From assembly GCA_040954595.2 (NCBI GenBank), contig CM082576.2, forward strand, positions 14,201,129 through 14,265,128: 64,000 nucleotides of DNA, given 5' to 3'. Made by a program: the position numbers and the translations under genes. Of this stretch, positions 19,101 to 33,200 are shown piece by piece. This DNA comes from Balanoglossus misakiensis (taxonomy: Eukaryota > Animalia > Hemichordata). The notes under the pieces are model-generated. The model ran no database searches, had not been told where the DNA came from, and saw only the letters and a program-made list of their open reading frames with translations. Position 1 is the first letter of the stretch. Each line of letters opens with the position of its first letter.

Positions 19101-19703
19101 ATGATTGTCCTCGATGAATTACCAAAAGGGGGTTTCTCACTTTTTATCAACAATAAAGAAATAAGTTTGTAATTTAATGTATTCCGTTATTATTAGGTTA
19201 CTGCCCCATAGACTTGTGACAAATCTATATTTTAACATTCCATGACGCGCTTTTTTCTTCGTTCCAAGGCGATAATGCTTCGTTTGAAGACAGCGTTTCG
19301 GAAAACAACGTGATTTGTGAAGCTTTCGGGGACGTATCGGTAGGAAAGACTCGTTGCGTGACGTCATCAAAAGGTGAGATCAACATGCTGAATGCATGAT
19401 TCTTGATTCAATTTGGAAGATATTACTGAAATTAGTTTCATGTACGACAGCAAAGGAAATACCAAATCCGTGGCAGAAAGTTATATCCCACTACACACCT
19501 GAATAGCTGTTAATTAATAAAAACATTTTCATATTTCAGATTTGCTTGATTTATGGATAATCTTAGCGGCGATCCTTGGTTCTTTAGTGGTACTGGGTTT
19601 GGTCATCGCTGCCGTTGTTTTCTGCCTCAAGGGCCAATCCCCCAGTAGGAAGACGGCGACACCAGTAGAACGATTTTATCCCGACCATGAAGCCGGAGAC
19701 TAA
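16161..19703 (+). CDS. Uncharacterised type I single-pass membrane protein with two tandem Cys-containing beta-rich extracellular repeats
   Basis: Exons 16161-16257 (signal-peptide-like MTSLTTTLTTTVQLFYFLAVAVFRITVESIEA), 17913-18359, 18584-18937, 19269-19373, 19540-19703; all introns are phase 1 GT-AG. The two repeats share 'N.G...I.A..G.NF', 'L.P...C..Y.xLCVVI', 'S.ED.V..N...C.AF'. TM segment WIILAAILGSLVVLGLVIAAVVFC is followed by a short tail. Confidence 0.8.
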
Positions 19704-21203
19704 CCCAGCGGTCACTCAGCCCTTATGAACTGGAGGAGAGTTACAGGGGTCGGGTTCAACAGAATATTGAACAGCACGGAACGATATGTCGACCGGATTC
19801 TGTGCGACGTACCCATACAAGACGGGGTACTGTCGGATGGTCAACCATTCGAATGAGGACACACTTAGGCAATTGATAGCTGTTTATTTACCTGAAGACT
19901 GTAAATGGACTAGTTGATCATATTCCAACTCCCGACAAACATAAAATGGCGTTTCAGAGAAGTTCTGAACACAGTCCCTCCGAGCATGAGGCATATCTCA
20001 TTTTCAAATTCCTATGTTGGAATTTCATCTCGGTCATATACGTTTGGCCACAATCTCTCACGGATTATTAAATGACATTTTTTGTACAATCTTCTAAGTG
20101 TTACACCTAAAAATTGCCAAAATTTGCATGGGGCTTATGAGTGTAACTATAAGAAAAACGAAAACAATAATATTTCAGGCGTAAGATCCCTAAACATGGG
20201 TATACTCTACTCTAGATCTTACATAAGAAATACAAGAAAATAATTACAGATATGTCATTGAATGGCTTGTAAAATGCTCTTAATTAAGCCGAGTGATTTT
20301 ATACGCCCAGGAAAACAATTTTATACATGTAAAAAACACATTTGAGATTTGAAGATATGTGAATGCTCAGCGAAATGCCATTGATGGAGTATTTCCATCT
20401 CAGTATGGATCATGCGTCAGTATTTCTAACCATAAATGATAATTGTGTCAATTTACTGAATGTACTGCATGCGTTCATCTCGATCAGACATTTAGTGTAC
20501 GTCTGATACCCTATACAAAGCATTATTTCCTATTGATAATAAAAGGTATGTGAAATCAACCATATGACATGTGCAATCAAGGCTCTGTGAAGACCATTTT
20601 ATGTGTAGATAAAATAATGCTATCTGCATACAAGAGGTAAGTCGTTCAAACTTGGAAAGTCATTGTGTTTAAGTATAGTATACTACATTTTCCATTTATA
20701 CCTTAGCTTTATGAAACGGCCAACATGCAAAGTTCCCTTTCAAATCGATGTAACAAGCGTATACTTTTAGCTGTTATTTACTCAGATAACAAAAATCATT
20801 GATAATTGTCTTCAGAGAAAAAATGCTATCAATATTGAGACATCTCTTCTTAAAACTAATTTTTCCCCTTTTTTCATGGCATTTTTACAAATGTTCTCAA
20901 TCTGGTATCTAGTATAGAAATAAACAATACACAACAAGCCGCAACTACAAATGGTTATGCCTCGGTAATTTGCATGAGTTTTAAAATCCTATTTTATGAA
21001 TTGGAGGTGTAAAAATAGCTATATGATTTGTCGAGAATTCCTGGAATAACAAGTGTCCCCGAAGGTAAATTGAAGTTATACATTTGTGATAGATAGAATT
21101 GCAGTTTGCGGTTCATAGGTTTTGTATTGTTGAATTACACGTATTCCTGGTGCCGGAAGTGAGAGTTGAATGAATTATGCAAAGACGCTTCAAAATCTGA
21201 ATT

Positions 21204-24200
21204 TTAACATTCCGACTCAGCGCAATCCTGCATTACCCAAGCTTTCTTTACGGTATCTTTCTTCTGTACCTCTTGCTTTTCCAACACAGTTTGTACATCC
21301 TCTGTAATCGGTTCTGGTGCGACAATTCCCTTTTTGGAACACAATCGTTTCCTTGCAACGAAGAATACAACAGCTGAGCCTGAAAAATTATTTTGAAAAA
21401 AAAGTCAATAACATGCATTTAATGGATATTTGGGGAGATAATTGATAATTGTAATGATAATTGAATAAATTGCATAAAACATTCATAAAAATAAACATTT
21501 AAAACAACACTAATGTCACGTCTACCAATATTGGGTGGGATACATTCGAGAGTCTGGTCGGGTTGAGATAAAGAGACGTGTAGAGTATAGATTTCAATGC
21601 AGATGACTTTCGAAAGCAACCAGCCTGGACATATAGTTCAGTCTGGACGCACTGTTGACCTCAGCACTGTTGAACCCCTGCCCCAAATTGTCTCAAATCT
21701 AAGCCGTTTCAGAACCACTATACACAGTCCACGCGTGTTTTTTTAAGACGGTATCTGATCTGAGATGCTTCAGAACCGTCTTAAGGGTGTGTGTGTGTGT
21801 GACCCCCATATTAGACTTACTGATTAATAATCCTAGTACTGCACAAGCAATCTTTGCTTCCGTCAAATGATTGTAGACAGTCTGTAAAAACGACAGAAAA
21901 CTAGATGTAATTAAATGAAATAGGGTAAAGTTCTCGATATCTTAGATAGTGTCTTTGCTGCCTCGGCGGGTGATAAAAACCTCACGCGGTCGACAGAATT
22001 TCAAAGTTCTACATGGTTTAACAAAACGGTATTAATACTAGTAACCTAAATTCATTGACGAATTTTATAGGATAACTGCAAAGACAGAACAGAAATAACT
22101 CGTGGCATACACGTAATATTCCCAATCTGATTAAAATCAGCCAGCGTTCCTATGATTACGAGATAAAGGATTTCTGAAAAGCATTTCATTGCAAAACTAA
22201 ACATGGACTGAATGTGCGCTCGCTTGGCAATGTTCATCAAATTCTGTGCATCAACTCTGGAAACACAGCAGTAGTTGATAGAACAATATGCAAGACGCTG
22301 CAGCACTAAACATATCTCGGTGAAATCAATATACAGTATGTCTATCATGACCAGATAACTGTAGTATAAATGTATATCCGGTGTAGTCCACTAACCTCGT
22401 TTTGGAGCATGGTCCCTTCCGTTGTGTTCGGGGTAGGTCCAAGTAATGGTACTGAGCCTGTCAAGTATACAATGTTTAATCAATACCCCCGCCCCAGGCA
22501 GGTATACGCGCGAGATTTGGGTACAATTCGCCCCAGCAGGAGTGAAATATACCCAAATCGAGTGGCAAAGTCCCAAATATTCCCATACAGCAATTCAAAA
22601 ATAATACCTTCAACAGTGATTTTATTATATTTATTAACAGTGATTTTGTTATATTTATTTAGTTTAACCCCACATTTTCCCTGCTGCATGCACGTTCATG
22701 GGCCAGTTTTGACAGTGTATTTTCGCATCGCTGGATTGAGCTCTCATCCAATCAAAATAGCGGATGGTAGAATAAGTATAAGTGGACGCTTGACGGGACG
22801 TAGCATACAGTGCCAAAGTAAAATCTTCTAATATAATTACAGGTGAAAAAATCGTTTTGGGCGCATAAGTTCTGTGATATTGACTTCCGATGGTATACAA
22901 CTGCGCATGTTCGACAAAGAAGATACAGAGCAAAATCAGCTCTTCTCAATTATAGTAAATCAGATTCATACGATTGAAAGATACATGTAGGTGACATGTG
23001 CAATTTACTATACTCTTTGTATAATGCATGGTACACTACACTAGTATTCACACAATGTATACGAATAGTAGTGTACCATATAGGCCTTCAAATGGAATGG
23101 CGTTTATGGTATTTGTAATTTACTTTCGGGTTTTTGGGACATGTCGCATAATTTGGAAAATAACCTTAAACCAATGCAAGCAAACTGATTAGGACAATTG
23201 GTTGCGCTAAAACACAGATATTTGGCACTCACATGCAGAGACGTAGTATGATCCCGTTCCATTTGTTGTGACTCCATCAGGACAGATGATGCAGGAAGCA
23301 CCACACGTATGCGGTTGATATGTACCGTATGGACATGGTAGACATGATAAAACACTGTTTGCAGCGGCTCTATACTGCCCAGATGCACAACAAACTAGCA
23401 TTGGATGGAAAAATAAATATAATTAATATATTAATGACAACCAAATAATATTACAGAAATAAATAATTTCGTCGAGAAAAAAAGTTATAAATAGGCAATA
23501 GTATTCTTGTATAAATTATTACCAATGTCCGAATGATTTCATTTTATAAAATTTCAAATTAATTATTCAAACTAGAGTCTTCCGCATCAATTTAATAATT
23601 GCGGTGCCTTTTTTCATTGAGGAGACCTGCAGCCATGTGTAGAATACATTGCGATCAAAGTATATAACATAAGCAATTTCTTGGTCTTACCACAAATGAA
23701 GTTTCTCATATCGTGAACATGGTACCCAGGCGGACATCTTACTCCAGTCATACTCCATTGTACAGTTCCACTTTTGAAATTAGCAACGTGACCATTCTTC
23801 TCAAAGAGCAGTCTTTCTTCAAATGACGCCTCTTGTAAGGAGTTGCATAAATCGAGCAATTCATTCTCAGAACGACTGTACATGTCTTGCAGGCTGTCGT
23901 AACTGACATCGGCGAGAGAAGAAGTAGAATTATTTTGGCCAATTATGATAATCTCGACGTCACCACTCATTTCGCCCGAATGAATTGTTTCGTTTACTTC
24001 ATATTCAAGGAATCTGCTTCTGTCGATTGCCATTATGTTCTGGAGTTCTTTCAGAATGTCTTCGTTCGATTGGTCGTTTGACGCGGCTGGGTCATCATTA
24101 CGCTTTGTGAGACGTTGTTGATGAAAGATGCTGTTGTAGAAGGAGAATTTGAGGGTCAGTACAGGCACGGCCAGGGATATTCCCATGACTGTTACTTTAA

Positions 24201-27200
24201 TATCCCGCGACGATTCCTTCCCAACAGCATTGGAAGCCTCGCAAGTATAAAAGCCCGTCTGGTTCACACGCGGCTTAACTAGTGACCCTGATGCATCGAC
24301 ACGTGTTTCAGGAAGTTCATTGTCGGACAACGCAGGCAAGAAAGACCAGTCTATGGTTGGTTGAGGCCACCCGGTGGCATTGCAGAACAGAATCACAGGT
24401 GGCTCTTGTCCTTCAAGGACAACTTTATCTTCAGGGGTATGTAAAATTATGGGAACATCATAAACATCGACATAGATTTCATCAGAGGTTACATTTACAA
24501 CATGGTTTCCTGCTTGGCAATAATACCATCCTCTAGTCAAATCATCCACAGAAGGTAATTTCAATGTTCCCGTAGAAATCGAAGCAGAGATGATTTCGCC
24601 ATCTTTGTACCAAGTGTATGAAGCCGCAGGATCACCACTTGCTACACAAGGGAGGTCGACACTGTTGCCTTTCAAGGTTGTTATGTTAGTCGGGTGGACT
24701 TCAATCTCTGGTGGTGTTGCGCAGAATATCTTCATATCTTTTGTTTCTTGAAGAAGTTCCAAAACACCAGATGATACGGCTTCAGCGTCTGCTATTCTAA
24801 GACTGTCGTTTCTCAAAACACCGAAAAATTGTTGTCGTGCATCATTGATCAGGGATCGCATGGCATCGGTATCTGGCAAATCTACATTTTCATAGAGACT
24901 GTAGAGCTCATCAAAAGTTAGGAACAGACAGTCTTCGAATGAGGCACATTCGTCTTCAGAAAATATTTCTGCTGTGTAGTTCTCCATTACTTGTTTCCAT
25001 GGCATGAGGATGTGATAATCAGACGCGATGTTCATTTCTTCAACACTTGACTCCTTTGTTATATATAGGGCACTTAACGACTCATTTATTACCGGATTAT
25101 CTGTGACGTTCAAATCCAGTATGGCCATTTCTATTTCTTCTTCGGTTAAATTGTAGTTCAAGTAGGCTTCAGTTACATTGATACCGGTGTTGTTGACGTC
25201 AATATTTGTGTAATTGTCGATCAGGTTATCAATGGTGGTAATGACTTGCGAAGCATTCGCCATGCCTTCATTAGACTCAAAGGCAATGTTGTACAGGACT
25301 GACATAGCCTCTGTCAAAAAATTGGCCAATTCCGTGAACGTGGTACACTTTTCTTCAAACATTCTGATTCTTGATTCCCTTTCTTTGTCTTCAGCTACGG
25401 GGGAGTTGGTTCCATTTTCAAAATAGCCCGTGTATGGAACATTTACGTGTAATGTGTCATTGTTGGGGTAGCTTTCATTGAAGCCAAGAACAAAATCATT
25501 AAACGCCCCTTCAATTGAACGTCTTCTGCGAAATGGCAAAAGCAGATCGGCAACGAGTTTTATGATCTCGATCGCTGCATTCCAAATGGTTTCCAAAAAC
25601 ATTCTGAAGTTGATTCTAAAATACAGCTTCCTCATCCCAAGCTTAAATAGGTTAACTTCTATTCCAACTTCAAACTCGAATATGTTGAATGTCAACACTT
25701 CGATCGCAAACCATGCACGCTTGAAAGCAACAACTGCTCCATATCCATAATGCACGATGAATTTAAAGACTTCAATTCCAGCTGCAACTATGAATTTGAC
25801 AACTTCAAGGGCACCTTTTGCAACCTCAATCGCTCCCTGCACACGTGTTAATGCACCTTTCGCCAAATCAAACGCGAATTTCGCAACTTCAAGTACAATC
25901 CGTGCCTTATCGACAACTATTTGTGCAGCTTGAACCAGGAATTTGGCTGTTTCAAATGCAATCAATACAATGCCAACGGCAAGTTCTGCAATCTTAAGTA
26001 TGGCAAAAGCAAGAGCTCTGATCAACACACAAGCGGCATTTGCAAAAATACAAATAAGATCAGGAAGTTTTATCATGCAGCTAGTCCAGTCACAACATGG
26101 ATATGGAATGTTGACACGCCAAATCCTCTTTGTACAAATGCGACATTTGATCCCAGGAATACAAATATCTTTGCAGGTTTTTATTCTACATAGTTTATCG
26201 ATGTCACGCTGTTTTTCCCGAAGCCACTCCCTTGCACTCTCAACTTCGTCCTGCAGAGCATCTAAATCAGCATTAACCCTACCAAGAGCGTCTACTGCAG
26301 CGTCAAATACGACATTAATCTTGTCAACATCCGCTTTCTTTGCATCAAGCCATGATTTAGCATCATTCAATTTTGCGCTAACCGAATCAAGGGCATCCTG
26401 GGCCGCGGACAATCTGTCATTAGCTTTTTGGCCTATGTTTTCCGCAGCCCTAGTTAAAGCATCACTCATAGACTCCGGAACTGATCGAGTGCCAAACCCA
26501 AATTCTCCATTGAGTGTCCACTTCTGTTCCTGCCATGGTACCAACACACTTGCCTGTGCACTTACAAAAGCATAACACACATCCCAAATGCTTCCATCGA
26601 CTTCAAAGAATACAAATTGTGGACTAATGAAGACGTTCACTTCTGTGCGTATCAACCCAAGTATTTTAACACGGGCGAGTAGACGAAAGATAAAGGCATT
26701 ACTTTCAGTAGCCAGAGCAAATTCACCTCCCACCCTGGAAAAAGTGATGGAGTCCTTAATCTGAATAGACGTAGGAAACACTAGCAATCCCCTCCATGCC
26801 TTCTCATCCCATACATACTCATAAAGATGACTGAATCTGCTGCAACGACCCAACTTAGTCGACTGTACAAACTCAGCTTCAACAGGACCGAGTTCTAATC
26901 CAACAATATTCAAGGCCGCCTCAAATCTTATACCAACACCCGACCAATCAGATTTGATTCGTAACACTTGGGTGATATAATTTGTAACAGCACCATCAAC
27001 GGCTGTCAAGATTCGGTTAATGTATTCATCAATATACTCTGCTACTTCGGACAACAATTGAGAAGTGCCTAACACGACATCCTTTACGAGGTTGTCCCAT
27101 GCACGACGAATATCAACCACCAAATTTCTAATGGGTGTCACTATATCGGGTATGTCTATTAGCATTCCTGAACCCAAGTTATCAAGAGCATTTTCGATAG

Positions 27201-30200
27201 CATCCAGTAGATCCATGACCGAACTTCTCAACCTAGGAATTGATTCTGGAATGTGACCTATCCCACTGCGCATGTACTCGATGAAGTCGTCAAACAAACT
27301 AATCAAATGACGAACGTCCGGCTTCAATGCATTTAAGACAGGCGTGATCATGGCATTATGGGGAGTATGTCGTAATTCATTTGAAATATCATAGTTTAGG
27401 AATGCGTACGCAGTGACATCGATATGGAGTTGAAACATCTGGAAAAATTGAGAATTGCTGAAAGGATGTATCCCAAACCAAACTTTGGCAAAAATTCCTG
27501 GTGGATCAGCAAACTCTCCACACCATTTTCTTCCAGATCCTATAAAGTTAGAATTGAAAATTAAAATTACACGTGTAGGTTGGCTCAGACTTATGCATTA
27601 CACGGTTGAATGCATCACAGGAGATCCCCAGTGTAGCGAATTGTACACACGAGAAAACAACACGGTGAAATGAGACACTCTGACACTGGTTATTTCGTCA
27701 GAAGATGTATGACAATCCGATGACTTCTATAGTAATGGGGTTTTCAAAGCCTGTCTTACTTCCAATCCCGAGTAGCAAAAATTGGCGACGTTCCGATATG
27801 ACGAGCGTACCTTTTCCAAGCCATAAAACAGCAACAATACAAATGAAACGGAACGAAACAAGAACTACATGCGCATTCGTACACAAAGGACGAAAACATA
27901 ACAATAGAGGGATGGAAATACATTACACACAAAGGACAAGAACAATATTACAGAGGGGTGGGGATTACAAGTGGTGGGCACAAAGTACATTGCATTGGGT
28001 TCATATTCATCGAGTCCCTTTGGATTTTGGCTCTATTTTCTGAATACTCATTTATGATTGACTTTTTCTTTTAAGACGAAAAAAACTTCACCAGCACAAA
28101 TATTCGGCGAACCAATTCCTCCAGACTTTCTTCAGACTCGCTAACGACCCGTTTGAAAACATGGTCAATCAGATATTACCAATCGACTGCACCAACGGTA
28201 GCAATTATGCAGAGAGTCATATACTGCAGTCTGTCATAGGGGTGTGGATCATTTTGGCAGGTCAGCTTGAGATTTAACACTATACTGGACCACTACATAT
28301 CTTGAAATGCGAAATTCGGGATGAGTATTACATATATGTAATATGTAATATGTGTATACACGTCGCATGACAGTTTGTCATTATGCAAAGGCATACAAAA
28401 TATTGGTTTCAAACTTTGACACATGTGTCATGATAATACAGAATAATACAAAGTCTCACGGTCACCTTTTTGGGTCGGGGATCAGGGATGGTCCACCTTT
28501 CATGTGCTAGCTATATACTAGACTCGAGTCTCTCTTATTTGTACTTACATATTTTAGATGTTCTTCTACTCTCTGATACACACTCAAACAGAAAATCATC
28601 GTGGTTGTACAAGGTTAAAAGTGCAGTTACCAAAGTTACAGAAGAAATATTGCTTCTTACCTCCCAGAGAAAGATAAGCTATGGCACCTCCATTTATGAA
28701 TAAAGGTATGGTGATCTGTTGTCCAAGGATCTTAAACCTCAGATCTATATCAAGCTTATTCTCAATGACAATCAGTGCATCCCATCTAGGTATGAAAATA
28801 TGGGTCAGCACCTGAAAAATTTACCAGAAATTGTACACTGTCAGCACCGGGAATTCAGATGTTCAGGTTGTGAGTTACTGATTGGATAACATGCACAGAA
28901 TCGTGTTCATTCCATAATTCGGATAAATTATATTTGTCTGTACTTAAGTACACGATACGTACCTTATTCAGATCCTGAACGGAAAGCATCATGGTTACCC
29001 GTCCCTCCAATCGTATTCCTATGTCACCAGTACCATTATACAAAACGGTAAATTTAGCCCAAAGATTGTATGCGGTGGCTAGGTTGTATTTGAAAAGGTG
29101 GTCACCATTCCACAGTTCATACTCGTCTTGAGGTGGTTTAAGGTTTCTACTGTACGATAGTCCAATCCCTTCTACTTCGGTTGTGAGTGTTTCGGGAAAA
29201 GATTGCATAAACGCCAGCTCTGCAAATGCGTCCCTTGAACCTTCAGGTAACATTAAAATCACAGTCCCGAGTATGTCGTTACAGATGTCCACAAGAAGAC
29301 AAAACTTTCTACCAGCGATTGGAGTAGGGAGTTGGACTGCATTCCCGTAAATGGAGATGTTTGCGCCTTTCTTGAATTGGAAAGCAGAATACAGATCATC
29401 TTCGAACACAGGAGCTCCTCTGCAGGAATCTAGCTCACTGAGATCTCTTCCGTGAACGAGGTTCGAGGAAATGTCATTGACAGTCACGTGTTCTCTGTTA
29501 GCCACGGTCATTTTTACCCACGATGGTAGTTTGTCAACAATTGCGTCGAATATTGTTCTCAAGAGTGAATTCTCTTGTATGAAATCATGTATGTCGTACA
29601 TAGTGACATTGAAATGCAAGCAACTTGCTTGACCTTCTTGATTTTGATTGGGCCTTATCAAATGTCCATTATCTCGGGTTAATGATGAAGGTACAGTCTT
29701 TATCTGAAATGGTGTTGACTGAATAACTTGTATCCCATTCAGAGATATCGGAAAACTAAACCCACTTATATCTAGAAAGACAACTCCATGTGTATATTTT
29801 ACGTTATCGTTTCCCTTCAGTTGATACCATTCTGACGTAGATGACAAAGACATGGCTAATGCGGAGGGGGATGGACAACTGGCTAAACTTTGGTAGTGAC
29901 AACCGCGAGGCAGCAAAAAGTCCGAGAGATCGAACTTCTGGAATGCGGAAAGGACAGAAAAATCAATAACCTGTGGCCGATACATATTTGCACTCGAACC
30001 GATCAGTTGTAGTGGCGTCACTAAATGTCCAGATCTGAGAGCTTTTACTTTAGTGTCCACAGATGTTTTTTGAGGCGTGAATGTCATGGTTTGGGGAATA
30101 AATTCGATTTTATCATTCTGTGGGATTATGGTTAGATCGAGATCTGGTCGAGCTTGTACAGTCAATGTATATTCTTCTCCAGCAATCAATGAAGGCAGGG

Positions 30201-33200
30201 AGTGAACTGATATTACACCACTTTCACAATGTTCGCCATCAAATCCAGTCATGGAGCAGTTGCATACTGGAGAATTATCTGACAGAGGTGAGCATTTCCC
30301 TCCATGACTACAAGGATTGGGCACACATATATCTGAAGAAAGAAATCGAAATATACAATCACCACACGCACCATTCAAAAGAAAAGTTTCTTCGGATCAT
30401 TTAAGTAAGACAAATACCGCAACCATATATCGAAAAACTGACAAATGCAAGTGATAGGGGGTAAAATAAATATTACCTTCACATTGTCTGCCATCCGAGG
30501 ATAAAACAAAGCCATGTCTGCACGAACAGTTATAACTTCCATCTGTATTGTGGCATATTTGATCACACATGGTCGTATTGCCTGCGCATTCATCCACATC
30601 TTTGAGCATTGAGTGGGATGTAATGACAGTCACCGTAAACATAAGGAATATGACAAATCGAATACAGTCAAGGTGTACACGTAGCAACATGTACAACAAA
30701 ACACGCTTTTGTTTACCATGCGGAACATTTCACTTTAGTTGTTGGGAATCGCGGGCCCGTTCATTTAAATTTTGCTTACAGCAACGGCATTGTAAAGTCT
30801 GCCGTTGCTTTTCCCATTTCAATTATTGTCTTAAGGGTCGGGTATACGGTCACGCGTGTTAATTAAGCAACATGTGTCATGGAAACCAGAAATCTAGCCA
30901 ATTACATATCTTCACATTGAGCTATATTTGGTTATAATACAACACATAGTCACGGTCGTTTTTGGCTAATAAGTCTAGGTAACTCTTCCTGTTGAAAATC
31001 AATGAGAAAGCAAGTTTATCGAAGCTTAAAAGAGCTATGGCAAAAAGAGCAAGGAATGCCAGGTGTTCTGAAAATTGTAAAATTCTGCCCCTCATCTGCC
31101 ACCCGCCCTTTATCAATCTTTAAGGTAAAATTGGAAGCAGTCACAATCTAGAGACAAATGACACCAATGTCATCAGTAAGCATTTGTTTATCAGATACAT
31201 AACACGTATGTACTAGGTCGTAATACCGACCAAAAAAGTGCAATGTCTTTATCTAGATTATCCAATAAATCAATAAACCGCTAATTTGCATGTTCCATTG
31301 ACGTATCTAATAAGCGATATAATACTCAAATTACTGCATGTTCTTTGGTGACTCAACGTACAGTTTTCGACCTGACAGAGATCTGAATATACTAAGAGAC
31401 ATTTGAATATTCTGATCATTGCGATTATCGCTGGAGTACTTGCACTGAAATACAGCAGACCGGGTGAGAATATTCAGTTAATATCTCTTATCATGTACAT
31501 ATAACAATTATATTAATTTTCATGTATATTAGTACAACACAATATAGACATTAGAATCATCACTAGTTTGTAATTATTAAAAACGATAACATACCTGTGC
31601 ATGTTTTGTTATCATGTGATAAAGAGTATCCTGGGAAACAGGAACAGTAAGCAACACCCCGTTTGCTAGAACAATTATGTTCACATCCATGGCTCCCATC
31701 TTCACATGCATCGTGAGCTGTGGTTAAAAGCGAATTTGTTATTCAACATAATCAATCCTCGTTATATCAATATACAGTATTCAAAAGAACAAAATGTGAT
31801 TAGGACGTTACACATCATATTCGGGCCATGTTCAAAGAGAAGCAATAAACACACTAAACTGTTACAGAACATTACTTAAATTTAATATACTGAAGATCTC
31901 TTACATTGGCGTCTTTGTCATTGAAATGGAAACAGAACAACGAATTTATAATTTAATATGATGGCAATGGAATTAAATAACTTGTAACATACGTACTTGA
32001 GCAAGACCGCCCGTCAGCATCAAGATTGTATCCAAGATGACAAGTACAATGGAAACTTCCCGGGATGTTAAGACAGTTATGATCGCATATTGGAGTTTCT
32101 TCGAGACATTCGTCTATGTCTAAAGGATATGTATGGGTAAACTTAAGGAATCGTCAAAGACTACACATATACAAATCTAACATGTTGCTAAATATGATCA
32201 AAATTGGCTTTGAAATAATTATTCTGGGCAACTTTAGTACTCAAATCAACAATGATGAATTATAACTAAACTGTCACCAAATTAGAACTGTATGTCACAG
32301 AGAAAGCGACATTTGGCAAAAAGCAATTATATCAGATTAAAATGTCTGCAATGTTATCAAACAACCAGTATATTCATTTCGTTTACACAATACATAATAA
32401 AGGAAACACAGCACAAAACTAACAAGCTACCTCGACATTCAACGTATGGATCTCCCTGATATCCGGGTAGGCATTGGCATTCGTATGACCCAGGTAGATT
32501 AACGCAGAGATGCGTACAGTGGTTGTTACTATTCATGCACTCATTCAAATCTGAAGAAAAAATGATAATATATAGAGAAATATTATATCTGGTACACTTA
32601 CACGCAACTTCTCTCTCTCTCTGAATGAAAATGTAAATAAAATGCGTCGATCAAAGCGTCTTCACAAATTCATGTGTTCAATTTCTTGATATACCATTGC
32701 AAATCGAACATTTATATATCCGCTGTTGTCGAATAGTTTGTTTACATTATTGTTTTTGCATTCTACTGAAGTGATGATAATTTGGATAGATTTTGTTCGG
32801 CATATATGTATTTTGTAAAATTCCGTTTTCGAGGTATACACTTGATGTTTAAAATGAAAAGCCAAAACATTACTTTATTTAAGAGTACAAGGCATATTTT
32901 TAATTACAAACCATTGCACGTTTTTCCATCGTCTCCAAGAACATATCCTTGACCACAGGAACAACTGAAGCTTCCGACTGTATTGATGCATTCGCTATCA
33001 CACCCGCCATTTGAATGTAGACACTCGTTTATATCTACAAACACAATTCAATTATTCAATTGTCAATCAATATTAAAGCATATTTAAGCATAGACAATTG
33101 CCCTTGAATGTCGATATCACGGTGACTGCTACTGGGGCCCGCCGCGTTCTGGTTGGTGCGTTGGGTCTACATCGACGCGCGCGGGGATGAGAAACAAACT

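Noticed and set aside
25943-26575. 210-aa plus-strand ORF
   Set aside because: Antisense shadow of the large minus-strand exon.
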